In this document: piece after piece, positions 1 to 11,280 of the stretch
Numbering within the stretch: the first letter of the stretch is position 1
Layout: the number at the start of each line of letters is the position of its first letter
NCBI GenBank assembly: GCA_964057225.1
Contig: OZ059894.1
Span: 496,001-560,000 of the forward strand
Source: Auanema rhodensis
Taxonomy: Eukaryota; Animalia; Nematoda
Reading direction: 5' to 3'
DNA: 64,000 nucleotides
The notes under the pieces: generated by a model
Databases searched by the model: none
Told to the model about the DNA's origin: nothing
The model's input: the letters and a program-made list of their open reading frames with translations, nothing else
Position numbers and translations under genes: made by a program

Positions 1-176
1 TGTTTTTAGACTAATATGGACATGGGGAATCTAATTTTGAAAACCGCATCTCTTTATCTTTCACGTGAAGCGAGTTACATACCAAGTGCACATCAGGTGT
101 ACATTTAATTAGCATAAATTAAAGTTCACGTAATTTTCAAAGACATGGTTACCATGAACCAATATCAATAAAAATT
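1..176 (+). repeat. Representative 176-bp monomer (first copy; carries C96G, A134T and T143A variants)
   Basis: Read directly; the next copy starts at 177. Monomer positions quoted elsewhere use this phase. Confidence 0.98.
60..69. other. 10-bp perfect palindrome TTCACGTGAA containing a CACGTG E-box/G-box (in most monomers)
   Basis: Seen directly at monomer positions 60-69. Any protein binding is untested. Confidence 0.9.
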
Positions 177-318
177 TGTTTTTAGACTAATATGGACATG
201 GGGAATCTAATTTTGAAAACCGCATCTCTTTATCTTTCACGTGAAGCGAGTTACATACCAAGTGCACATCACGTGTAAATTTAATTAGCATAAATTAAAG
301 TTCACGTAAATTTCAAAG

Positions 319-333
319 TCATGGTTACCATGA
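319..333. other. Interrupted palindrome TCATGGT-T-ACCATGA (monomer positions 143-157; contains GGTNACC)
   Basis: 7-bp arms around one central base, shown here in monomer 2. Arms shorten to 6 bp with C157 or A143. Confidence 0.9.
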
Positions 334-479
334 ACCAATATCAATAAAAATTTGTTTTTAGACTAATATGGACATGGGGAATCTAATTTTGAAAACCGCA
401 TCTCTTTATCTTTTACGTGAAGCGAGTTACATACCAAGTGCACATCACGTGTACATTTAATTAGCATAAATTAAAGTTC

Positions 480-3290
480 ACGTAATTTTCAAAGACATGG
501 TTACCATGCACCAATATCAATAAAAATTTGTTTTTAGACTAATATGGACATGGGGAATCTAATTTTGTAAACCGCATCTCTTTATCTTTCACGTGAAGCG
601 AGTTACATACCAAGTGCACATCACGTGTACATTTAATTAGCATAAATTAAAGTTCACGTAAATTTCAAAGTCATGGTTACCATGAACCAATATCAATAAA
701 AATTTGTTTTTAGACTAATATGGACATGGGGAATCTAATTTTGAAAACCGCATCTCTTTATCTTTCACGTGAAGCAAGTTACATACAAAGTGCACATCAC
801 GTGTACATTTAATTAGCATAAATTAAAGTTCACGTAAATTTCAAAGTCATGGTTACCATGCACCAATATCGATAAAAATTTGTTTTTAGACTAATATGGA
901 CATGGGGAATCTAATTTTGAAAACCGCATCTCTTTATCTTTCACGTGAAGCGAGTTACATACCAAGTGCACATCACGTGTACATTTAATTAGCATAAATT
1001 AAAGTTCACGTAAATTTCAAAGTCATGGTTACCATGAACCAATATCAATAAAAATTTGTTTTTAGACTAATATGGACATGGGGAATCTAATTTTGAAAAC
1101 CGCATCTCTTTATCTTTCACGTGAAGCGAGTTACAGACCAAGTGCACATTACGTGTACATTTAATTAGCATAAATTAAAGTTCACGTAAATTTCAAAGTC
1201 ATGGTTACCATGAACCAATATCAATAAAAATTTGTTTTTAGACTAATATGGACATGGGGAATCGAATTTTGAAAACCGCATCTCTTTATCTTTCACGTGA
1301 AGCGAGTTACATACCAAGTGCACATCACGTGTACATTTAATTAGCATAAATTAAAGTTCACGTAAATTTCAAAGTCATGGTTACCATGCACCAATATCAA
1401 TAAAAATTTGTTTTTAGACTAATATGGACATGGGGAATCTAATTTTGAAAACCGCATCTCTTTATCTTTTACGTGAAGCGAGTTACATACCAAGTGCACA
1501 TCACGTGTACATTTAATTAGCATAAATTAAAGTTCACGTAATTTTCAAAGACATGGTTACCATGAACCAATATCAATAAAAATTTGTTTTTAGACTAAAA
1601 TGGACATGGGGAATCTAATTTTGAAAACCGCATCTCTTTATCTTTCACGTGAAGCGAGCTACATACCAAGTGCACATCACGTGTACATTTAATTAGCATA
1701 AATTAAAGTTCACGTAAATTTCAAAGTCATGGTTACCAAGAACCAATATCAATAAAAATTTGTTTTTAGACTAATATGGACATGGGGAATCTAATTTTGA
1801 AAACCGCATCTTTTTATCTTTCACGTGAAGCGAGTTACATACCAAGTGCACATCACGTGTACATTTAATTAGCATAAATTAAAGTTCACGTAATTTTCAA
1901 AGACATGGTTACCATGCACCAATATCAATAAAAATTTGTTTTTAGACTAATATGGACATGGGGAATCTAATTTTGTAAACCGCATCTCTTTATCTTTCAC
2001 GTGAAGCGAGTTACATACCAAGTGCACATCACGTGTACATTTAATTAGCATAAATTAAAGTTCACGTAAATTTCAAAGTCATGGTTACCATGAACCAATA
2101 TCAATAAAAATTTGTTTTTAGACTAATATGGACATGGGGAATCTAATTTTGAAAACCGCATCTCTTTATCTTTCACGTGAAGCAAGTTACATACAAAGTG
2201 CACATCACGTGTACATTTAATTAGCATAAATTAAAGTTCACGTAAATTTCAAAGTCATGGTTACCATGCACCAATATCGATAAAAATTTGTTTTTAGACT
2301 AATATGGACATGGGGAATCTAATTTTGAAAACCGCATCTCTTTATCTTTCACGTGAAGCGAGTTACATACCAAGTGCACATCACGTGTACATTTAATTAG
2401 CATAAATTAAAGTTCACGTAAATTTCAAAGTCATGGTTACCATGAACCAATATCAATAAAAATTTGTTTTTAGACTAATATGGACATGGGGAATCTAATT
2501 TTGAAAACCGCATCTCTTTATCTTTCACGTGAAGCGAGTTACAGACCAAGTGCACATTACGTGTACATTTAATTAGCATAAATTAAAGTTCACGTAAATT
2601 TCAAAGTCATGGTTACCATGAACCAATATCAATAAAAATTTGTTTTTAGACTAATATGGACATGGGGAATCGAATTTTGAAAACCGCATCTCTTTATCTT
2701 TCACGTGAAGCGAGTTACATACCAAGTGCACATCACGTGTACATTTAATTAGCATAAATTAAAGTTCACGTAAATTTCAAAGTCATGGTTACCATGCACC
2801 AATATCAATAAAAATTTGTTTTTAGACTAATATGGACATGGGGAATCTAATTTTGTAAACCGCATCTCTTTATCTTTTACGTGAAGCGAGTTACATACCA
2901 AGTGCACATCACGTGTACATTTAATTAGCATAAATTAAAGTTCACGTAATTTTCAAAGACATGGTTACCATGAACCAATATCAATAAAAATTTGTTTTTA
3001 GACTAAAATGGACATGGGGAATCTAATTTTGAAAACCGCATCTCTTTATCTTTCACGTGAAGCGAGCTACATACCAAGTGCACATCACGTGTACATTTAA
3101 TTAGCATAAATTAAAGTTCACGTAAATTTCAAAGTCATGGTTACCAAGAACCAATATCAATAAAAATTTGTTTTTAGACTAATATGGACATGGGGAATCT
3201 AATTTTGAAAACCGCATCTTTTTATCTTTCACGTGAAGCGAGTTACATACCAAGTGCACATCACGTGTACATTTAATTAGCATAAATTAA
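480..3290 (+). repeat. 8-monomer (1408-bp) higher-order duplication
   Basis: Rare variants recur at +1408: ttgtaa 568/1976, cgata 871/2279, cagacc 1136/2544, atcgaa 1264/2672, ccaag 1739/3147, tttttatc 1812/3220. Boundaries are approximate. Confidence 0.92.
623..659. other. Imperfect 37-bp inverted repeat (monomer positions 95-131)
   Basis: ACGTG-t-AC-a-TTTAATT [agcata] AATTAAA-GT-t-CACGT gives 14 paired bases, one mismatch and one bulge. Shown in monomer 4. Confidence 0.85.
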
Positions 3291-6200
3291 AGTTCACGTA
3301 AATTTCAAAGTCATGGTTACCATGCACCAATATCAATAAAAATTTGTTTTTAGACTAATATGGACATGGGGAATCTAATTTTGAAAACCGCATCTCTTTA
3401 TCTTTCACGTGAAGCGAGTTACATACCAAGTGCACATCACGTGTACATTTAATTAGCATAAATTAAAGTTCACGTAAATTTCAAAGTCATGGTTACCATG
3501 AACCAATATCAATAAAAATTTGTTTTTAGACTAATATGGACATGGGGAATCTAATTTTGAAAACCGCATCTCTTTATCTTTCACGTGAAGCGAGTTACAT
3601 ACCAAGTGCACATCACGAGTACATTTAATTAGCATAAATTAAAGTTCACGTAAATTTCAAAGTCATGGTTACCATGAACCATATATCAATAAAAATTTGT
3701 TTTTAGACTAATATGGACATGGAGAATCTAATTTTGAAAACCGCATCTCTTTATCTTTCACGTGAAGCGAGTTACATACCAAGTGCACATCACGTGTACA
3801 TTTAATTAGCATAAATTAAAGTTCACGTAAATTTCAAAGTCATGGTTACCATGCACCAATATCAATAAAAATTTGTTTTTAGACTAATATGGACATGGGG
3901 AATCTAATTTTGAAAACCGCATCTCTTTATCTTTCACGTGAAGCGAGTTACATACCAAGTGCACATCACGTGTACATTTAATTAGCATAAATTAAAGTTC
4001 ACGTAAATTTCAAAGTCATGGTTACCATGCACCAATATCAATAAAAATTTGTTTTTAGACTAATATGGACATGGGGAATCTAATTTTGAAAACCGCATCT
4101 CTTTATCTTTCACGTGAAGCGAGTTACATACCAAGTGCACATCACGTGTACATTTAATTAGCATAAATTAAAGTTCACGTAAATTTCAAAGTCATGGTTA
4201 CCATGAACCAATATCAATAAAAATTTGTTTTTAGACTAATATGGACATGGGGAATCTAATTTTGAAAACCGCATCTCTTTATCTTTCACGTGAAGCGAGT
4301 TACATACCAAGTGCACATCACGTGTACATTTAATTAGCATAAATTAAAGTTCACGTAAATTTCAAAGTCATGGTTACCATGCACCAATATCAATAAAAAT
4401 TTGTTTTTAGACTAATATGGAAATGGGGAATCTAATTTTGAAAACCGCATCTCTTTATCTTTCACGTGAAGCGAGTTACATACCAAGTGCACATCACGTG
4501 TACATTTAATTAGCATAAATTAAAGTTCACGTAAATTTCAAAATCATGGTTACCATGAACCAATATCAATAAAAATTTGTTTTTAGACTAATATGGACAT
4601 GGGGATTCTAATTTTGAAAACCGCATCTCTTTATCTTTCACGTGAAGCGAGTTACAGACCAAGTGCACATTACGTGTACATTTAATTAGCATAAATTAAA
4701 GTTCACGTAAATTTCAAAGTCATGGTTACCATGAACCAATATCAATAAAAATTTGTTTTTAGACTAATATGGACATGGGGAATCTAATTTTGAAAACCGC
4801 ATCTCTTTATCTTTCACGTGAAGCGAGTTACATACCAAGTGCACATCACGTGTACATTTAATTAGCATAAATTAAAGTTCACGTAAATTTCAAAGTCATG
4901 GTTACCATGCACCAATATCAATAAAAATTTGTTTTTAGACTAATATGGACATGGGGAATCTAATTTTGAAAACCGCATCTCTTTATCTTTCACGTGAAGC
5001 GAGTTACATACCAAGTGCACATCACGTGTACATTTAATTAGCATAAATTAAAGTTCACGTAAATTTCAAAGTCATGGTTACCATGAACCAATATCAATAA
5101 AAATTTGTTTTTAGACTAATATGGACATGGGGAATCTAATTTTGAAAACCGCATCTCTTTATCTTTCACGTGAAGCGAGTTACATACCAAGTGCACATCA
5201 CGTGTACATTTAATTAGCATAAATTAAAGTTCACGTAAATTTCAAAGTCATGGTTACCATGAACCAATATCAATAAAAATTTGTTTTTAGACTAATATGG
5301 ACATGGGGAATCTAATTTTGAAAACCGCATCTCTTTATCTTTCACGTGAAGCGAGTTACATACCAAGTGCACATCACGTGTACATTTAATTAGCATAAAT
5401 TAAAGTTCACGTAAATTTCAAAGTCATGGTTACCATGCACCAATATCAATAAAAATTTGTTTTTAGACTAATATGGACATGGGGAATCTAATTTTGAAAA
5501 CCGCATCTCTTTATCTTTCACGTGAAGCGAGTTACATACCAAGTGCACATCACGTGTACATTTAATTAGCATAAATTAAAGTTCACGTAAATTTCAAAGT
5601 CATGGTTACCATGCACCAATATCAATAAAAATTTGTTTTTAGACTAATATGGACATGGGGAATCTAATTTTGAAAACCGCATCTCTTTATCTTTCACGTG
5701 AAGCGAGTTACATACCAAGTGCACATCACGTGTACATTTAATTAGCATAAATTAAAGTTCACGTAAATTTCAAAGTCATGGTTACCATGAACCAATATCA
5801 ATAAAAATTTGTTTTTAGACTAATATGGACATGGGGAATCTAATTTTGAAAACCGCATCTCTTTATCTTTCACGTGAAGCGAGTTACATACCAAGTGCAC
5901 ATCACGAGTACATTTAATTAGCATAAATTAAAGTTCACGTAAATTTCAAAGTCATGGTTACCATGAACCATATATCAATAAAAATTTGTTTTTAGACTAA
6001 TATGGACATGGGGAATCTAATTTTGAAAACCGCATCTCTTTATCTTTCACGTGAAGCGAGTTACATACCAAGTGCACATCACGTGTACATTTAATTAGCA
6101 TAAATTAAAGTTCACGTAAATTTCAAAGTCATGGTTACCATGCACCAATATCAATAAAAATTTGTTTTTAGACTAATATGGACATGGGGAATCTAATTTT

Positions 6201-7130
6201 GAAAACCGCATCTCTTTATCTTTCACGTGAAGCGAGTTACATACCAAGTGCACATCACGTGTACATTTAATTAGCATAAATTAAAGTTCACGTAAATTTC
6301 AAAGTCATGGTTACCATGCACCAATATCAATAAAAATTTGTTTTTAGACTAATATGGACATGGGGAATCTAATTTTGAAAACCGCATCTCTTTATCTTTC
6401 ACGTGAAGCGAGTTACATACCAAGTGCACATCACGTGTACATTTAATTAGCATAAATTAAAGTTCACGTAAATTTCAAAGTCATGGTTACCATGAACCAA
6501 TATCAATAAAAATTTGTTTTTAGACTAATATGGACATGGGGAATCTAATTTTGAAAACCGCATCTCTTTATCTTTCACGTGAAGCGAGTTACATACCAAG
6601 TGCACATCACGTGTACATTTAATTAGCATAAATTAAAGTTCACGTAAATTTCAAAGTCATGGTTACCATGCACCAATATCAATAAAAATTTGTTTTTAGA
6701 CTAATATGGAAATGGGGAATCTAATTTTGAAAACCGCATCTCTTTATCTTTCACGTGAAGCGAGTTACATACCAAGTGCACATCACGTGTACATTTAATT
6801 AGCATAAATTAAAGTTCACGTAAATTTCAAAATCATGGTTACCATGAACCAATATCAATAAAAATTTGTTTTTAGACTAATATGGACATGGGGATTCTAA
6901 TTTTGAAAACCGCATCTCTTTATCTTTCACGTGAAGCGAGTTACAGACCAAGTGCACATTACGTGTACATTTAATTAGCATAAATTAAAGTTCACGTAAA
7001 TTTCAAAGTCATGGTTACCATGAACCAATATCAATAAAAATTTGTTTTTAGACTAATATGGACATGGGGAATCTAATTTTGAAAACCGCATCTCTTTATC
7101 TTTCACGTGAAGCGAGTTACATACCAAGTG
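3225..7130 (+). repeat. Duplicated block of ~9 monomers at 13-monomer spacing (2289 bp)
   Basis: The 1-bp T insertion (3682/5971), gaaatgg (4422/6711), aaatcat, ggggatt, cagacc and cacatta all recur at +2289. Confidence 0.88.
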
Positions 7131-7313
7131 ACCGCATCTCTTCATCTTTCACGTGAAGCGAGTTACATACCAAGTGAAAACCGCATCTCTTCATCTTTCA
7201 CGTGAAGCGAGTTACATACCAAGTGCACATCACGAGTACATTTAATTAGCATAAATTAAAGTTCACGTAAATTTCAAAGTCATGGTTACCATGCACCAAT
7301 ATCAATAAATCTT
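7043..7313 (+). repeat. Aberrant 271-bp monomer with internal triplication of monomer positions ~40-88
   Basis: After ...caagtg (7130) the sequence restarts at accgcatc (46 bp, 7131-7176), then at aaaaccgcatc (49 bp, 7177-7225). Confidence 0.96.
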
Positions 7314-10300
7314 TGTTTTTAGACTAATATGGACATGGGGAATCTAATTTTGAAAACCGCATCTCTTTATCTTTCACGTGAAGCGAGTTACATACCAAGT
7401 GCACATCACGTGTACATTTAATTAGCATAAATTAAAGTTCACGTAAATTTCAAAGTCATGGTTACCATGAACCAATATCAATAAAAATTTGTTTTTAGAC
7501 TAATATGGACATGGGGAATCTAATTTTGAAAACCGCATCTCTTTATCTTTCACGTGAAGCAAGTTACATACCAAGTGCACATCACGTGTACATTTAATTA
7601 GCATAAATTAAAGTTCACGTAAATTTCAAAGTCATGGTTACCATGCACCAATATCAATAAAAATTTGTTTTTAGACTAATATGGACATGGGGAATCTAAT
7701 TTTGAAAACCGCATCTCTTTATCTTCCACGTGAAGCGAGTTACATACCAAGTGCACATCACGTGTACATTTAATTAGCATAAATTAAAGTTCACGTAAAT
7801 TTCAAAGTCATGGTTACCATGAACCAATATCAATAAAAATTTGTTTTTAGACTAATATGGACATGGGGAATCTAATTTTGAAAACCGCATCTCTTTATCT
7901 TTCACGTGAAGCGAGTTACATACCAAGTGCACATCACGTGTACATTTAATTAGCATAAATTAAAGTTCACGTAAATTTCAAAGTCATGGTTACCATGAAC
8001 CAATATCAATAAAAATTTGTTTTTAGACTAATATGGACATGGGGAATCTAATTTTGAAAACCGCATCTCTTTATCTTTCACGTGAAGCAAGTTACATACC
8101 AAGTGCACATCACGTGTACATTTAATTAGCATAAATTAAAGTTCACGTAAATTTCAAAGTCATGGTTACCATGCACCAATATCAATAAAAATTCGTTTTT
8201 AGACTAATATGGACATGGGGAATCTAATTTTGAAAACCGCATCTCTTTATCTTTCACGTGAAGCGAGTTACATACCAAGTGCACATCAGGTGTACATTTA
8301 ATTAGCATAAATTAAAGTTCACGTAATTTTCAAAGACATGGTTACCATGAACCAATATCAATAAAAATTTGTTTTTAGACTAATATGGACATGGGGAATC
8401 TAATTTTGAAAACCGCATCTCTTTATCTTACACGTGAAGCGAGTTACATACCAAGTGCACATCACGTGTACATTTAATTAGCATAAATTAAAGTTCACGT
8501 AAATTTCAAAGTCATGGTTACCATGAACCAATATCAATAAAAATTTGTTTTTAGACTAATATGGACATGGGGAATCTAATTTTGAAAACCGCATCTCTTT
8601 ATCTTTCACGTGAAGCAAGTTACATACCAAGTGCACATCACGTGTACATTTAATTAGCATAAATTAAAGTTCACGTAAATTTCAAAGTCATGGTTACCAT
8701 GCACCAATATCAATAAAAATTTGTTTTTAGACTAATATGGACATGGGGAATCTAATTTTGAAAACCGCATCTCTTTATCTTCCACGTGAAGCGAGTTACA
8801 TACCAAGTGCACATCACGTGTACATTTAATTAGCATAAATTAAAGTTCACGTAAATTTCAAAGTCATGGTTACCATGAACCAATATCAATAAAAATTTGT
8901 TTTTAGACTAATATGGACATGGGGAATCTAATTTTGAAAACCGCATCTCTTTATCTTTCACGTGAAGCGAGTTATATACCAAGTGCACATCACGTGTACA
9001 TTTAATTAGCATAAATTAAAGTTCACGTAAATTTCAAAGTCATGGTTACCATGCACCAATATCAATAAAAATTCGTTTTTAGACTAATATGGACATGGGG
9101 AATCTAATTTTGAAAACCGCATCTCTTTATCTTTCACGTGAAGCGAGTTACATACCAAGTGCACATCAGGTGTACATTTAATTAGCATAAATTAAAGTTC
9201 ACGTATTTTTCAAAGACATGGTTACCATGAACCAATATCAATAAAAATTTGTTTTTAGACTAATATGGACATGGGGAATCTAATTTTGAAAACCGCATCT
9301 CTTTATCTTACACGTGAAGCGAGTTACATACCAAGTGCACATCACGTGTACATTTAATTAGCATAAATTAAAGTTCACGTAAATTTCAAAGTCATGGTTA
9401 CCATGAACCAATATCAATAAAAATTTGTTTTTAGACTAATATGGACATGGGGAATCTAATTTTGAAAACCGCATCTCTTTATCTTTCACGTGAAGCAAGT
9501 TACATACCAAGTGCACATCACGTGTACATTTAATTAGCATAAATTAAAGTTCACGTAAATTTCAAAGTCATGGTTACCATGCACCAATATCAATAAAAAT
9601 TTGTTTTTAGACTAATATGGACATGGGGAATCTAATTTTGAAAACCGCATCTCTTTATCTTTCACGTGAAGCGAGTTACATACCAAGTGCACATCACGTG
9701 TACATTTAATTAGCATAAATTAAAGTTCACGTATTTTTCAAAGACATGGTTACCATGAACCAATATCAATAAAAATTTGTTTTTAGACTAATATGGACAT
9801 GGGGAATCTAATTTTGAAAACCGCATCTCTTTATCTTACACGTGAAGCGAGTTACATACCAAGTGCACATCACGTGTACATTTAATTAGCATAAATTAAA
9901 GTTCACGTAAATTTCAAAGTCATGGTTACCATGAACCAATATCAATAAAAATTTGTTTTTAGACTAATATGGACATGGGGAATCTAATTTTGAAAACCGC
10001 ATCTCTTTATCTTTCACGTGAAGCAAGTTACATACCAAGTGCACATCACGTGTACATTTAATTAGCATAAATTAAAGTTCACGTAAATTTCAAAGTCATG
10101 GTTACCATGCACCAATATCAATAAAAATTTGTTTTTAGACTAATATGGACATGGGGAATCTAATTTTGAAAACCGCATCTCTTTATCTTTCACGTGAAGC
10201 GAGTTACATACCAAGTGCACATCACGTGTACATTTAATTAGCATAAATTAAAGTTCACGTAAATTTCAAAGTCATGGTTACCATGAACCAATATCAATAA

Positions 10301-11009
10301 AAATTTGTTTTTAGACTAATATGGACATGGGGAATCTAATTTTGAAAACCGCATCTCTTTATCTTTCACGTGAAGCGAGTTACATACCAAGTGCACATCA
10401 CGTGTACATTTAATTAGCATAAATTAAAGTTCACGTAAATTTCAAAGTCATGGTTACCATGAACCAATATCAATAAAAATTTGTTTTTAGACTAATATGT
10501 ACATGGGGAATCTAATTTTGAAAACCGCATCTCTTTATCTGTCACGTGAAGCGAGTTACATACCAAGTGCACATCACGTGTACATTTAATTAGCATAAAT
10601 TAAAGTTCACGTAAATTTCAAAGTCATGGTTACCATGCACCAATATCAATAAAAATTTGTTTTTAGACTAATATGGAAATGGGGAATCTAATTTTGAAAA
10701 CCGCATCTCTTTATCTTTCACGTGAAGCGAGTTACATACCAAGTGCACATCACGTGTACATTTAATTAGCATAAATTAAAGTTCACGTAAATTTCAAAAT
10801 CATGGTTACCATGAACCAATATCAATAAAAATTTGTTTTTAGACTAATATGGACATGGGGATTCTAATTTTGAAAACCGCATCTCTTTATCTTTCACGTG
10901 AAGCGAGTTACAGACCAAGTGCACATTACGTGTACATTTAATTAGCATAAATTAAAGTTCACGTAAATTTCAAAGTCATGGTTACCATGAACCAATATCA
11001 ATAAAAATT

Positions 11010-11280
11010 TGTTTTTAGACTAATATGGACATGGGGAATCTAATTTTGAAAACCGCATCTCTTTATCTTTCACGTGAAGCGAGTTACATACCAAGTGACC
11101 GCATCTCTTCATCTTTCACGTGAAGCGAGTTACATACCAAGTGAAAACCGCATCTCTTCATCTTTCACGTGAAGCGAGTTACATACCAAGTGCACATCAC
11201 GAGTACATTTAATTAGCATAAATTAAAGTTCACGTAAATTTCAAAGTCATGGTTACCATGCACCAATATCAATAAATCTT
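11010..11280 (+). repeat. Second copy of the 271-bp monomer
   Basis: The same 95-bp insert is at 11098-11192, 3967 bp (22x176+95) after the first. Confidence 0.96.

Noticed and set aside
159-172. CCAAT box and AATAAA poly(A) signal in each monomer
   Set aside because: Short motifs expected by chance in AT-rich DNA, with no gene context.
1-176. Identity with Brassica CentBr, Arabidopsis CEN178, primate alpha satellite or honeybee AluI repeat
   Set aside because: Only the length is similar. I recognise no sequence match from memory, and the consensus has no AGCT site. A database search is needed.
1-176. Tandem 5S rRNA, tRNA or snRNA gene unit
   Set aside because: No recognisable RNA gene sequence, cloverleaf or Pol III A/B/C boxes; the unit is too AT-rich.
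620-704. True budding-yeast point centromere (CDEI-II-III)
   Set aside because: The CDEI-like 8-mer is present, but there is no ~80-bp >90% AT CDEII or recognisable CDEIII, and point centromeres are not tandem arrays.
7131-7225. Transposon insertion at the register breaks
   Set aside because: The extra 95 bp is entirely satellite-derived, with no terminal repeats or foreign sequence.
8191-8210. CENP-B box in the attcgttttt variant
   Set aside because: Only the TTCG part matches; the A..CGGG portion of NTTCGNNNNANNCGGGN is missing.
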